Positions 18,261-29,106 of a DNA stretch of 64,000 nucleotides are shown here, piece after piece. The translations under genes were made by a program, and so were the position numbers. The DNA is taken from positions 310,001 through 374,000 of the forward strand of contig CDROCS010002105.1 in the NCBI GenBank assembly GCA_977020255.1, read 5' to 3'. The notes below the pieces were generated by a model. The model had not been told where the DNA came from. It saw nothing but the letters and a program-made list of their open reading frames with translations, and made no database searches. The stretch is from Obrimoposthia wandeli. Its lineage: Eukaryota. The number at the start of each line of letters is the position of its first letter. Positions within the stretch are counted from its first letter, which is position 1.

Positions 18261-19208
18261 ATGGAAGCAATGCGTATCTTACTGGTTGATGACGTTCATT
18301 TAGAACGCATGCAACTTGCAATGAGATTGCAGCGATTAGGTCATGTTGTTGAAGCGGTTAGTTCTGGGCATGAAGCCATTGAACGTTATCCTCTTTTCGA
18401 CCCTGACTTATTATTGCTGGATATCAGTATGCCTGATATGAGCGGGATGGAGGTTGCTCATCAAATTCGAAGTGATCACGCTGAGTGGGTGCCAATCATC
18501 TTCTTAAGCGGTCATGATGAACCTGAAATGATAGCAAAAGCTATTGATATGGGCGGGGATGATTATTTAGTCAAACCTGTGAATAAAATTGTTTTGGCAT
18601 CGAAACTAAAAGCAATGCAACGTATTGCTGCTATGCGTCATCAATTAAAACAAGCAACCGTTAAGTTAGAAGAAGCGAATGAGCTGCTCTCACAGCAAGT
18701 GAATGAAGATGGGTTAACTCAGATTGCTAATAGACGTTTTCTAGATCAAAAACTGACTGAGTTTATTTCTTGGCATGGTCGTCATGAGCTTTCTTTTACT
18801 ATTATCATGATTGATGTTGACCACTTTAAAGCCTACAACGATTATTATGGTCATCTTGATGGCGATCGTTGCTTGCAGTTAGTGTCTGGCGAGCTAAAGG
18901 CTAACTTTAGTCGTGCTGGGGAATTAGCCGCACGTTATGGCGGTGAAGAGTTTGTTATTTTAGTGAGTAATTGTGATAAGACTCGAGCCGTGAAAGAGTG
19001 TGAAAGGCTTAAATCTAGTATTGAAAGATTAGCGATACCGCATTTTCAGTCAGCGACCTCGAACATCGTTACGGTGAGCCAAGGTATGGTGTCTTGGGTA
19101 CCGACAGGATTAGAAACGGCTGAGAATATGTATGAGATTGTCGATAAAGTGTTGTATAAAGCCAAAGAGCAAGGGCGTAACCGTTTCGTTGCGGCTGAAT
19201 TTACATAA
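18261..19208 (+). CDS. Response-regulator diguanylate cyclase (REC-GGDEF)
   Basis: LLVDD, LLDISMP, YLVKP; DGLTQIANRR, IDVDHFKAYNDYYGH, RYGGEEF. Confidence 0.93.
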   Translation: MEAMRILLVDDVHLERMQLAMRLQRLGHVVEAVSSGHEAIERYPLFDPDLLLLDISMPDMSGMEVAHQIRSDHAEWVPIIFLSGHDEPEMIAKAIDMGGDDYLVKPVNKIVLASKLKAMQRIAAMRHQLKQATVKLEEANELLSQQVNEDGLTQIANRRFLDQKLTEFISWHGRHELSFTIIMIDVDHFKAYNDYYGHLDGDRCLQLVSGELKANFSRAGELAARYGGEEFVILVSNCDKTRAVKECERLKSSIERLAIPHFQSATSNIVTVSQGMVSWVPTGLETAENMYEIVDKVLYKAKEQGRNRFVAAEFT

Positions 19209-19505
19209 TTAAACGCTGGTTCTATCTGAACTTGAGAGTTAGCCGAGAAAGTATGAGCACAACATAATGAGTTGTGCTTTTTTGTGTGTGAAGAGCACCT
19301 CAAAATAGCAACTTTTGATGTAAGTCTGATATTTGTTTACCTAATGATTAAAATTCCATCACTTAATCTTATCAACCCTTGTCGTTATAGCATCTCATGC
19401 TAATCTGCTAATAGACTTTGCGACTATGTTTGCTTTATATATTCTCAACTAAACATAGTGCGAGTAAGTATTAAATAATCATAATGAATAGGGTGAGGGA
19501 AGATC

Positions 19506-20174
19506 ATGGATATTAACTTTTCACAAAATGAAGCGCGTGTGATTGGTTGTTTACTTGAGAAAGAAGTGGCCACTCCAGATCAATACCCATTGACACTGAA
19601 TGCACTCACGACAGCGTGTAATCAGAAAAGTAACCGTGAACCAGTAATGGCGTTAGATGAAGCAACAGTACTTGATACTGTTGAGCAACTAAAAGAAAAG
19701 CGTTTAATCAATGATGTTTCTAGTTTTGGTAGCCGTGTATCGAAATTTCAACACCGTTTTTGTAACACTGAATTTGGCTCTCTAAAGTTCACACCTCAAG
19801 AATTTGCAGCTGTTTGCGTTATGTTATTACGTGGACCACAAAGTGCTGGCGAAATTCGTACACGCACAAATCGGTTGTGTACATTCAGTGATGTAAAAGA
19901 AGTTGAAGCAATGTTAGATGGTTTAGCCGAACATGCTAAAGGCCCTTATGTGGTGAAATTACCGCGTGAATCAGGTAAGCGTGATTGCCGTTATATGCAT
20001 TTATTCAGTGGTGAAGTCGATGTTGAAGCACTTGCAGCAGTGGCTAAGTCTACCTCTCCAGCAGGGCTTGCCAGTGCTAATAATGAAAGGCTTGCAGAAC
20101 TAGAAGAAGACATGAAAGCAATGAAGCTAGAAATAGCTGAATTGAAGGAACTATTAGAATCGCTTACGTCGTAA
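19506..20174 (+). CDS. yceH: YceH family protein (DUF480/UPF0502)
   Basis: EARVIGCLLEKEVATPDQYPLTLNAL...CNQKSNREP, LLRGPQSAGE. Confidence 0.92.
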   Translation: MDINFSQNEARVIGCLLEKEVATPDQYPLTLNALTTACNQKSNREPVMALDEATVLDTVEQLKEKRLINDVSSFGSRVSKFQHRFCNTEFGSLKFTPQEFAAVCVMLLRGPQSAGEIRTRTNRLCTFSDVKEVEAMLDGLAEHAKGPYVVKLPRESGKRDCRYMHLFSGEVDVEALAAVAKSTSPAGLASANNERLAELEEDMKAMKLEIAELKELLESLTS

Positions 20175-20259
20175 CGAAAATATACCTTCAACAACTATTT
20201 GGCTCGGCTTATGCCGAGCTTTTTATATTGTGTAGACGACTATTATTGTGTAGAGATCT

Positions 20260-20601
20260 ATGAAAAATCAAGATGTAATACCTCTACAGGATGTTGATAG
20301 CAAGCTTGCCTCTTTAGATAATCAGCAACCAATTTGGTCGGTTTACTTGATTAGAACGGTATCTAATACGCTTTACTGTGGGGTCACAACAGATGTTCAG
20401 CGGCGCTATACCGAGCATCAATCTGGGAAAAAAGGGGCAAAGTACCTAAAAGGGAAGGGACCGCTGATTCTAGCATGGCATGAAGACGTGGGTGATAAGC
20501 GACTGGCGATGCAAATTGAATATCGTATTAAACAGTTACCTAAAATAAAGAAAGAGGCGATCATTACTCAGCATTTGAATGTAAAAATGCTTTTTTTATA
20601 A
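20260..20601 (+). CDS. GIY-YIG nuclease family protein (UPF0213)
   Basis: WSVYLIR...LYCGVTTDVQRRYTEH, GAKYLKGKGP. Confidence 0.88.
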   Translation: MKNQDVIPLQDVDSKLASLDNQQPIWSVYLIRTVSNTLYCGVTTDVQRRYTEHQSGKKGAKYLKGKGPLILAWHEDVGDKRLAMQIEYRIKQLPKIKKEAIITQHLNVKMLFL

Positions 20602-20926
20602 CAACAGCGTTTGTCACAAAATTCCGTACATTATTAGCGGAATAACGTAGAATTGCGTTGCTTGGTTTAATCTTTTCTTTGAGTTACCTATTTTAAATCG
20701 TTTAGATGCGATGTAACAATCATAGCAATCTAAATGAGTGACCAAATCAAACGACGAAATCTGGTTGGTAACTATACAAACCATCAATGGCTAGTGCTTT
20801 TTATATTTCGAAATACAGTTGTATTTTTGAGGTCTATTGGTATTTATCGCGTTGAAAAATAGATAAAAACGTAGTACAACCATACTGATACTATACTTAT
20901 TAATATACCTGTTAGGTGTTCTTCTT

Positions 20927-21466
20927 ATGGCACAAAAAGCCACTATTTACAAAGCTCATATCAATGTAGCAGATATGGATCGTCACGTTTATTTAGATGT
21001 ACCTCATACTGTTGCTTGTCATCCATCAGAAACGCATCGACGTTTAATGTTGCGTTTGTTGGCATGGGCATTAAATGCAGATGAAAACCTTACCTTCACG
21101 AAAGGGATGAGTTCGACAGATGAGCCTGATCTTTGGACAAAAAGCCTAAGTGATGAAATTGAGCTTTGGATTGACCTTGGTCTTCCTGATGAAAAACGCA
21201 TCCGTAAAGCATCAAACCGTGCTAAAAAAGTGATCATTTTTGCTTATGGCAATAATGCAGCAACAGCTTGGTGGCAGCAAAACAAGAGTAAAATCACTCA
21301 ATCTAATAACATTTCTGTTATTTACATTAATGACGAAACACTCAGTCAGCTTGAATCGATTCTTGCTCGTACAATGCAGATTCAGCTAACGATTGAAAGT
21401 GAGCAAGCTTGGTTAACGTCTGGTGAAACAAGTATCACAATTACCCCTGAATGGTGGCATCGCTAA
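20927..21466 (+). CDS. yaeQ: YaeQ family protein
   Basis: MAQKATIYK, HPSET..RLMLRLLAW, STDEPDLW, WIDLGLPDEKRIRKA. Confidence 0.93.
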   Translation: MAQKATIYKAHINVADMDRHVYLDVPHTVACHPSETHRRLMLRLLAWALNADENLTFTKGMSSTDEPDLWTKSLSDEIELWIDLGLPDEKRIRKASNRAKKVIIFAYGNNAATAWWQQNKSKITQSNNISVIYINDETLSQLESILARTMQIQLTIESEQAWLTSGETSITITPEWWHR

Positions 21467-21686
21467 ACTCCCTCGCACTTTTCTATTTTTGAAATATAAG
21501 TCTTGATCCCTGAATCTTACTCAATTTCTTGCTAAATTAAGTGTGTTTAAACGATGGCAGTAACCGTTACTGTCATCGTCAATTCACATTCTTTATGCAA
21601 TCTGGTTGTTCTTACTTTATAACTTGTCGTGAGGCTGGTTTGTGTAAAGCGTATTCACGTTATTTTGAATTAAGAAGGAATCATTT

Positions 21687-22340
21687 ATGCCAAAACATGT
21701 ACATGTTCTTGCTAAGAAAATCTGGGATTACCATCTTCTTAATCAAACATTAGAAAAAAGTGACTGTATTTTTGTGTTGTGTAGCAATGACGTAAGAGTT
21801 GCAGAGTATGCGGCGAAGCTCTATTTGGCCGGTTATGCACCCTATATTGTCTTTTCTGGCGGGGAAGGTGAGTTAACGAAAGGCTTATTTGGTTGCTCTG
21901 AAGCGGAGTATTTTGCTCATATTGCGTTAGATATGGGTGTACCGCTTGAAAATATTCTGATCGAACCTCAATCAACGAACACGGGGGAGAATGTTCAATT
22001 CACGCGTGAGTTACTTGAATCAAAAGGCCTGAACCCCAACAAAATGCTTTTAGTGCAGAAGCCATTTATGGAGCGCCGAACCTTTGCGACTGTCATGAGG
22101 CAATGGCCAGAAAAAGAAATCATTGTGACATCTCCTGATATTTCATTTGATGAATACCCAAATGAAGGTCTGTCATACTCTGATGTGATTAACGTGATGT
22201 TAGGGGATTTACAGCGCATTAAATATTACCCGCAGTATGGTTACTCTATTCCGCAAGATATCCCTCAAGATGTGTGGAAAGCGTTTGAGTGTTTGGTTGC
22301 ACTGGGTTTTGATGAGCACCTTGTCGATGTGGCAAGTTAA
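21687..22340 (+). CDS. YdcF/DUF218 family protein
   Basis: IFVLCSND, FSGG, EAEYF, EPQSTNTGENVQF, VQKPFMERR. Confidence 0.9.
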   Translation: MPKHVHVLAKKIWDYHLLNQTLEKSDCIFVLCSNDVRVAEYAAKLYLAGYAPYIVFSGGEGELTKGLFGCSEAEYFAHIALDMGVPLENILIEPQSTNTGENVQFTRELLESKGLNPNKMLLVQKPFMERRTFATVMRQWPEKEIIVTSPDISFDEYPNEGLSYSDVINVMLGDLQRIKYYPQYGYSIPQDIPQDVWKAFECLVALGFDEHLVDVAS

Positions 22341-22448
22341 ACGTTGCGTTAAAGAAACACCAACACCGAGGCGATAAATGCGTTCTCGGTGCTAATGTTC
22401 ATTTAATTTGTCTGGGATAAATAACTTGGACATAAATGACAAATATCG

Positions 22449-23117
22449 CTATTTACTTACCATTTTACGGATTTCTTTTGCTCGATCTTCATCGCTCATC
22501 TCGGAAGAGGGTGGTGTTACAATACCCTTCTGGCAAGCAGGACGTTCGGCTAACTCATCAACCCAGCGCTGTAAATGAGGCAAACCTTCAATGCTCACAC
22601 CGCTCCAATCGTAAATTCTTACCCATGGCCATGTAGACATATCAGCAATTGAATATTCATCACCTGCTAAGTATTTATTATTTGCTAGTTGAGCATTCAT
22701 GACTTCAAATAAGCGACGACTTTCATTCTGATAACGCTCAATTGCCGCTGGGATTTTTTCTGAAAAGTAGCGATAAAAGACATTCGCTTGTCCCATCATT
22801 GGTCCGACACCGCCCATTTGGAACATCAGCCATTGGATCACCTGCGAACGTTTTTTAGGTTCAGATGGAATAAATTTACCCGATTTCTCAGCTAGATAAA
22901 GTAAGATCGCACCTGATTCAAATACGGCGAAATCATCATTATCACGATCAATAATAGCGGGAATACGACCATTAGGATTAATCGCTAGGAAATCTGGAAG
23001 CTTTTGCTCGGCAGACATTAAATCCAAATGATGAACACGGTATTCTAATCCCATTTCTTCAAGTGCGATTGAAATCTTAAAGCCATTCGGTGTTGCTGCG
23101 GTATATAGATCGATCAT
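22449..23117 (-). CDS. Glutathione S-transferase, YfcG/YghU (Nu class) type
   Basis: [33 protein letters not shown]. Confidence 0.9.
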   Translation of the reverse strand: MIDLYTAATPNGFKISIALEEMGLEYRVHHLDLMSAEQKLPDFLAINPNGRIPAIIDRDNDDFAVFESGAILLYLAEKSGKFIPSEPKKRSQVIQWLMFQMGGVGPMMGQANVFYRYFSEKIPAAIERYQNESRRLFEVMNAQLANNKYLAGDEYSIADMSTWPWVRIYDWSGVSIEGLPHLQRWVDELAERPACQKGIVTPPSSEMSDEDRAKEIRKMVSK

Positions 23118-23165
23118 AACTTTAATCCCTTCTTCGTATCATTGCTGTTGTTATTGTTGTTGCTT

Positions 23166-23777
23166 TTAGCCTTGAACGGATGCGCGTTGGCTAACACGAT
23201 CAAACCAATTCAACAGGTTAGGTAATGAGTCGTCGACTTCAATTTCTAAGTTTTTAATGAAGCCACACATTACAAACGCAGTAATATCTGCCACCGAGAA
23301 TTTATCACCAGCGATATATGCTGACGTTGCGAGTTGTTTATCTAAAACCGGTAAGAAGTCGATAACTCGTTGACGAGATTCATGCCCCCAGCTTGTTACG
23401 CACGTTTCACGATCTTCATAGATACCTGTGATATTACGGAATGCTTGGAATGCAGCGTAAAGCCCTTGAAATTCGACTATACGTTGCCACATTTCAATTT
23501 TTGCTTGCTCTATTGGTGTATCACCAAAGAGTGATGTTTTTGATTGAGTGACTGAATCAAAGTAACGACAAATTGCGATAGATTCACAGATTGTAGTGCC
23601 ATCATCCAGTTCTAAAACAGGGACTCTTCCGTTTAAGCTGATCGCCTGAAAGGCCTCACTCAGGTTTTCTCCACCACGAATATCAATATTGACACGTTCA
23701 ACATCAATCCCCATTTCTGCAAGGTAAATACTGACTCTGCGAGCGCTTGGAGCAGGTGCTAATTCATAAATTTTCAT
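23166..23777 (-). CDS. Glutathione S-transferase family protein
   Basis: APSARRV, GRVPVLELDDG, ESIAICRY, FSVADI. Confidence 0.9.
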   Translation of the reverse strand: MKIYELAPAPSARRVSIYLAEMGIDVERVNIDIRGGENLSEAFQAISLNGRVPVLELDDGTTICESIAICRYFDSVTQSKTSLFGDTPIEQAKIEMWQRIVEFQGLYAAFQAFRNITGIYEDRETCVTSWGHESRQRVIDFLPVLDKQLATSAYIAGDKFSVADITAFVMCGFIKNLEIEVDDSLPNLLNWFDRVSQRASVQG

Positions 23778-23790
23778 GCTAACCCTTTAT

Positions 23791-23841
23791 CAGAATGATC
23801 GGTTAGATTATAATTTACGCAATAACAGAACGATCAGTCAA
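23791..23841. promoter_or_regulatory. Two related operator-like sites between divergent gst and tetR
   Basis: CAGAATGATCGGTTAG (23791-23806) and CAGAACGATCAGTCAA (23826-23841), each pseudo-palindromic around GATC. Confidence 0.5.
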
Positions 23842-23887
23842 GAAAAAAGATCAATCGAAAACGTAATGTATTGTACGAGGAGCTGAA

Positions 23888-24496
23888 ATGGCGAGAACCA
23901 AAAATTTTGATCGTGAAGAAAAACTCATCGCCGCAATGGAGCTATTTTGGCATAAAGGCTATGCAGATACCTCGATTGCTGATCTAGTGGATCATCTAGG
24001 CATTAATCGTTTCAGTTTGTATAACGCCTATGTCGATAAAGAAACCTTGTACCACGAATGCCTTGATTACTATTTAACTCAGATTTCTTTTCCGTCTTTA
24101 ACGGAATTAGGGAAGGGTGATGCAGGGTTAGAAGCGATTAAAACATACCTTCAGCGTTTTGCTTTATTGCAAAGAGATCAACAGTGCGGCTGCTTTATGC
24201 AAAATGCGATTTTAGAGCGTGCACATAGTGATGATGAAGTACTTAATACGGGCACAATGCTTTATACCAAGTTGGACACCGCATTGAGTCAAGCATTAGA
24301 GAATGCAAAGCAGGATGGTGTAATCAGTAACAACGTAAATATTGAACAAATGAGCCGATTTTTAGTGCTACAAATGCAAGGTATTCGTGTGCTGGGTAAA
24401 GCACGTCAGTACGATTTTATTGATGATGCTATGGTTGTATTAATGACTACGTTAGATGCATTACGTATTACTTACTTAATCAATGTTGAAAGATAA
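23888..24496 (+). CDS. TetR/AcrR family transcriptional regulator
   Basis: MARTKNFD, FWHKGYADTSIADLVDHLGINRFSLYNAY, GCFMQN. Confidence 0.92.
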   Translation: MARTKNFDREEKLIAAMELFWHKGYADTSIADLVDHLGINRFSLYNAYVDKETLYHECLDYYLTQISFPSLTELGKGDAGLEAIKTYLQRFALLQRDQQCGCFMQNAILERAHSDDEVLNTGTMLYTKLDTALSQALENAKQDGVISNNVNIEQMSRFLVLQMQGIRVLGKARQYDFIDDAMVVLMTTLDALRITYLINVER

Positions 24497-24577
24497 AAGT
24501 GCTCGATCTATGTAATCATAAACCGAACATTCACGTTGTTTTTTTAACCTTAACGTATCGTATTAACGAGTGACTAT

Positions 24578-25246
24578 TTACGCTTTAGCGGCATCTAGGC
24601 CTTGTTGCCAGAAAGCTATTTCCATACGCGTCGCTGTTTTGAAAATCTCACAAAGACGCTGACCACGAGGGCTATTCAAATTGATATCAGCCATCATGGT
24701 ATCAAGACGATCCATACCTGCACGCGCTCCCGTTTGGAAGTCTTCACCGCTGTATAACTCAATCCAGCTATGGTAAGGGTTACCATCAATAACAGTGTCA
24801 GGGTGATTAATTAGTGCTTTACCAATATCAGCATAACCGATAGCACAAGGTGCAAGGGCAACATACAAGTCAGTCAGGTCGCCAGCCATACCTGTATCTA
24901 GTACATAACGCGTGTAAGCAACAGTACCAAAAGCTTCTGGTTCTGCTTCCATATCACTTTCAGTGAGTCCCCATTGGGCACAATAGGTGACATGGTGACA
25001 GGTTTCGTTTTCAATTAACGCTTGTAAGCTTGGTAACGGTGCTCGCATTTCTTCAAGGGTTTGAGCTTTGTAAATAGCCAAAGCATAAGCACGGGCATAG
25101 TGCTTTAAAAATAAAAAGTCTTGTTTTAAATAGTGCAAATAAGCGTCTTGATTTAATTGACCATTAGCAAGTTGCATAACAAATGCGTGCTCTGTGTATT
25201 CGGTGTATTCTTGCTGACAAGCTTGAATAAGATCCAAGTGGTTCAT
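24578..25246 (-). CDS. tenA: Thiaminase II / aminopyrimidine aminohydrolase
   Basis: YLKQDFLFL, YTRYVLDTG, LAPCAIGY catalytic Cys, EIAFW; last gene of the TPP operon. Confidence 0.92.
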   Translation of the reverse strand: MNHLDLIQACQQEYTEYTEHAFVMQLANGQLNQDAYLHYLKQDFLFLKHYARAYALAIYKAQTLEEMRAPLPSLQALIENETCHHVTYCAQWGLTESDMEAEPEAFGTVAYTRYVLDTGMAGDLTDLYVALAPCAIGYADIGKALINHPDTVIDGNPYHSWIELYSGEDFQTGARAGMDRLDTMMADINLNSPRGQRLCEIFKTATRMEIAFWQQGLDAAKA

Positions 25247-25281
25247 TGTGTTGTACCTTTTATCAAATGAGTATAAACAGC

Positions 25282-26223
25282 TTATAGTGTTGGTACGTAA
25301 TCAACCGCTTTCGGTGCTTTAGCTATAATCTTGTGTTGGAACATGAAGTTTGCGAAGTTGTCATAACGCTCTAAATCAACCGCTGATGGACGAAGCGCAA
25401 AGCGGGGCAGAGTATCGCGCCATGCTCGGCGGTTTAGTTCGTTATTGAGTGTATCTGGGTTGTAAGCAACAAACTCTTTCCATGCTTGGTCTGGGTGGTT
25501 AATGATGTACTGAGTCGCGAGTTCAACCGCTTTATTGAATTTCTTGATTGTTGCTTTGTCGTAAGTATTTTTATTTGCTACAACAATGAGTTCATCATAA
25601 GAAGGTACGCCGTGTTCTTCTGGGAAAAACGCTTTTGATTTATAGCCTTCAAGTTCAAGTTGATTAGTTTCGAAGTTACGTAATCCGCCCCAAATAGCAT
25701 CGACTTTGCCTGATGCTAAAGAAGAAGAAAGCGCCCAACCTACATTAATTATCTGAACATCTTTGTACTCAACACCTGCGCTATTTAGCATTGTGCCGAT
25801 TGTTGCTTCTTCATTACCCGCAATGGCAATTCCAATCTTTTTACCTTTAAGATCGGCGAGTGTATTGATCTTATTATTATCGAGAACCATCAAGGTATTC
25901 AGTGGTGCGGCAATTAAGGTTGCTGAACGGATAAGCGGTAAACCCACGGCAACGTCAATAGTGAGGCTTGTTTGGTAAGAAACCGCCAAATCGATTTTAT
26001 TTGCAGCCACAAGCTTAGCTGGCATGCTTGGATCGGCAGGTTCTTGAATCTCAATATTTAGCCCTTGCTCTTTAAACAGTCCCTTTTCTTGAGCAATAAT
26101 GATCGGCCCATGATTTGGGTTTACAAACCAATCGAGCATTAACGTCAAATCTTTAGCTGCTGCACTGAAAGTAGTGGCTGAAAGTGCGAGTGCAAGCAAG
26201 CTTTTAGATAGCGTTCTTTTCAT
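25282..26223 (-). CDS. thiY: HMP/thiamine-precursor ABC transporter substrate-binding protein (NMT1/THI5)
   Basis: LDWFVNPNH, NFETNQLE, PSYDEL; signal peptide. Confidence 0.88.
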   Translation of the reverse strand: MKRTLSKSLLALALSATTFSAAAKDLTLMLDWFVNPNHGPIIIAQEKGLFKEQGLNIEIQEPADPSMPAKLVAANKIDLAVSYQTSLTIDVAVGLPLIRSATLIAAPLNTLMVLDNNKINTLADLKGKKIGIAIAGNEEATIGTMLNSAGVEYKDVQIINVGWALSSSLASGKVDAIWGGLRNFETNQLELEGYKSKAFFPEEHGVPSYDELIVVANKNTYDKATIKKFNKAVELATQYIINHPDQAWKEFVAYNPDTLNNELNRRAWRDTLPRFALRPSAVDLERYDNFANFMFQHKIIAKAPKAVDYVPTL

Positions 26224-26304
26224 GTTTTACGTCCTTTTTGTATTTTTATAATAAGTAATATCAATTTAAATAAATGGTGCTCTTTATTTTTTAACGAGTA
26301 ACAG

Positions 26305-27126
26305 TTACTGTTTTGATTGCCAGGGTATTGCACGTTTAAGCAATAGATCGGCAGAAAAATAGAGGGTGATAGAAAATGTAGCTAAAATGAGTAGTGCAGC
26401 AAACATCTCATCAATCATCATGCGCGCATTTGCTTGCAGCATAAGATAACCAAGCCCTTCACTAGAGCCTACCCATTCACCGACTACAGCCCCGATAGGT
26501 GCAACAACAACAGCAACCCTGATACCAGAAGCTAAAGCGGGTAGTGCAGCAGGAAGGCGTACATGGCGAAGTAATTGCCATTTAGATGCCCCCATGGTTT
26601 TTGCTAAATCTAAATAGCCGGTAGGTGTGTGCCTTAGCCCGTCATAACAACATGTTGTGACAGGGAAGAAGATGATCAGCGCAGCCATGACAATTTTTGA
26701 AGCAATACCATAGCCAAGCCATAGCATTAGAATCGGTGCGATAGCAAAAACAGGAATGGCTTGGCTCGCAATTAAAATCGGTAATAACCAACGGCGCAGC
26801 GGGTTAAATAGCAACATTTGTAGGGCAAAGAATAAGCCCATTGATAGCCCTAACAATAAACCCAATATTACTTCAGATGCTGTTACCCAAGCATGGCTAA
26901 GCAGTACATCGTAACGTTGAATCAATTTGTTAAACACAGCGAACGGACCCGGCAAAATAAAAGAGGGTAGTTCAAATACCATAACCACCGTTTGCCACAG
27001 CCCAATAATAACGGCTGCACTTATAAGCAATCGAGTAATAGGGTGTGATGTAGCTTGACTAACGGTACTTTTTTGTAAAACTGACTGAGTCGGCAATTGA
27101 GTATGAGTACTCTGTAGATCAGACAT
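26305..27126 (-). CDS. thiX: HMP/thiamine-precursor ABC transporter permease
   Basis: SQAIPVFAIAP, GAVVGEWVGSSEGLG; start 27126 overlaps the thiZ stop. Confidence 0.85.
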   Translation of the reverse strand: MSDLQSTHTQLPTQSVLQKSTVSQATSHPITRLLISAAVIIGLWQTVVMVFELPSFILPGPFAVFNKLIQRYDVLLSHAWVTASEVILGLLLGLSMGLFFALQMLLFNPLRRWLLPILIASQAIPVFAIAPILMLWLGYGIASKIVMAALIIFFPVTTCCYDGLRHTPTGYLDLAKTMGASKWQLLRHVRLPAALPALASGIRVAVVVAPIGAVVGEWVGSSEGLGYLMLQANARMMIDEMFAALLILATFSITLYFSADLLLKRAIPWQSKQ

Positions 27127-27889
27127 AGTCTTGCTCCAATCGTTCGATAATATTTTGCTGTAAACCTGCAAGCTCGGCATCAAATTGGCGAGGTGTATTT
27201 GCCGACGGTACGGGTAAATGCTGCATAACGGCAGGTGCACTGGTCATCAATAAGATCTGGTGCCCTAGACGTAGTGCCTCTTGAGGATCATGAGTAATTA
27301 ATAGAACAGTTTTGCTTTTTAGTAGTTGTGTGGCGAGGTTCTGAAGTTTATGCCTGGTAACAGCATCTAGTGCCGAAAAAGGTTCATCCATTAACACAAC
27401 AGGCTTGTCTTGCATGAGCGTACGAGCCAATGCGACTCGCTGGCGCATACCACCTGATAGGCTATCAGGAAAAGCGTTCACACAATCGCTGAGCCCAACA
27501 TGTTCCAGCAGCGCTAAAGCACGATTTTTGTCATCATCATTTGGCTTCCCTTTCCTGATCTTGATACTGAAACACACGTTATCCAGTACATTTAACCAAG
27601 GAAAAAGTAAATCTTGCTGTGCCATATAGGCAACCTGATCGGATAATGGTTGATCATTATTTGTCGTTAATTGACCTTGCCACTGCACTTCATCATCTAA
27701 TAGCCCAGCAAGTAAACGTAATAGTGATGTTTTGCCACAACCACTTCGACCTAGAATACAAGTCCATTGTCCTGTGGGGAGTTGTATATTCAAGTTTTCA
27801 AATAATGTTGTTGGGCTATTAAGGTAGCGTAATTGGCAATTCGCTAAATTAACCCCAATACCTGATTTCATCATGGTATCTGTCGTCAT
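27119..27889 (-). CDS. thiZ: HMP/thiamine-precursor ABC transporter ATPase
   Basis: GRSGCGKT Walker A, LSGGMRQR, MDEPFSALD; alternative start 27901. Confidence 0.88.
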   Translation of the reverse strand: MTTDTMMKSGIGVNLANCQLRYLNSPTTLFENLNIQLPTGQWTCILGRSGCGKTSLLRLLAGLLDDEVQWQGQLTTNNDQPLSDQVAYMAQQDLLFPWLNVLDNVCFSIKIRKGKPNDDDKNRALALLEHVGLSDCVNAFPDSLSGGMRQRVALARTLMQDKPVVLMDEPFSALDAVTRHKLQNLATQLLKSKTVLLITHDPQEALRLGHQILLMTSAPAVMQHLPVPSANTPRQFDAELAGLQQNIIERLEQDYV

Positions 27890-27915
27890 GGTTGTTCTCA
27901 CATTGATCTGCCGAA

Positions 27916-28746
27916 TTACGCTTCTGGGGTAAAATGACCCGCAAAGAAATGATGAACAGGACCATGCCCTGAACCAATCTCTAATTCATCAGCATGAAAA
28001 ATAGCCTGAGAAATATAGCCCTTGGCGTGCGTAACCGCTTCAACGAGTGGGTAGCCTTGCGCTAAGAAAGAGGCAATAGCGGCAGAAAGTGTACAACCTG
28101 TACCGTGTGTATTGCGGGTGATAATACGTTTTGTGCTAAAGCGATAAACATCATCAGCAGTAATCAGAATATCGGTACTGTTTTCATCTTGTTCTAGGTG
28201 CCCGCCTTTTAGAAGCACTGATTTAGCACCAAGCGCGCGTAAACCTTGAATCATCGCATCCATTTCAGCTTCGCTTTCGGGTGCTTTACAGCCCAATAGT
28301 GCAGCGGCTTCAGGAAGGTTCGGGGTAATAATATCGGCGAGGGGTAATAGCACGTCTTTCAATGTTGCAATGGCATCTTGTTGCAGTAATAGGTCGCCAC
28401 TGGTCGCAACCATAACCGGATCGATAACAAGATGCTGTGGCTGATATTGATGCAGTTTGTTAGCAACGGCTTTAATGATAATGGTGTCGCTTAACATTCC
28501 TATTTTTACGGCTTTAATGTCTAAATCGCTAAATACAGCATCGAGTTGTTGTTCAACAAACGCGGGTGGAATTGGAAATATGCCAGAAACGCCCTGTGTA
28601 TTTTGTGCGGTTAACGCAGTAATCGCTGAGCAAGCATAACCACCCGTTGCAGAAATTGCTTTAATGTCAGCTTGAATACCTGCGCCGCCGCCACTGTCTG
28701 AACCTGCAATAGTAAGAGTAATCGGTGTTTTTGATAAAGACGTCAT
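27916..28746 (-). CDS. thiD: Hydroxymethylpyrimidine/phosphomethylpyrimidine kinase
   Basis: IAGSDSGGGAGIQAD, TAQNT, DPVM, TPNLPEA, HGTGCTLS. Confidence 0.96.
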   Translation of the reverse strand: MTSLSKTPITLTIAGSDSGGGAGIQADIKAISATGGYACSAITALTAQNTQGVSGIFPIPPAFVEQQLDAVFSDLDIKAVKIGMLSDTIIIKAVANKLHQYQPQHLVIDPVMVATSGDLLLQQDAIATLKDVLLPLADIITPNLPEAAALLGCKAPESEAEMDAMIQGLRALGAKSVLLKGGHLEQDENSTDILITADDVYRFSTKRIITRNTHGTGCTLSAAIASFLAQGYPLVEAVTHAKGYISQAIFHADELEIGSGHGPVHHFFAGHFTPEA

Positions 28747-28835
28747 GTGTTAATCCCTAAATGATACGCGAAGGGTTAACAGCTGCCTTGAAAGCGATGC
28801 CAAGTATGTTTATTGGCAAAAGAGAAGGGCATTAC

Positions 28836-28922
28836 TATTAGTTCCCTCCGCCAATGTTAATTGGATCAGGTTCAACGGGTCCCACCGAAGTGGTCTCAGC
28901 CTAAGGCTCCCCGACTAACAAG
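28836..28922 (-). ncRNA. TPP riboswitch
   Basis: Minus strand GGGGAGCC...GGCTGAGA...GACCCGTTGAACCTGATCCAATTAACATTGGCGGAGGGA, 90 nt upstream of thiD. Confidence 0.95.
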
Positions 28923-29007
28923 CTCACAACAGAAGTGAAAATATTCTGCTGCGATAAATTTGATTCGATTATAGGCTCAGATAATCATCAATTACCAGCA
29001 ATAAAAC

Positions 29008-29057
29008 AAAAAGCCCCAATCATTATCGGAGAATTTCCGGCGATGATTGGGGCTTTT
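29008..29057 (-). terminator. Terminator of phnA
   Basis: AAAAGCCCCAATCAT...ATGATTGGGGCTTTT long inverted repeat. Confidence 0.7.
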
Positions 29058-29106
29058 AAATGCTTGAAATCAGTAATCAGATTACTTTGCAAAGGTGCAA
29101 AATAAC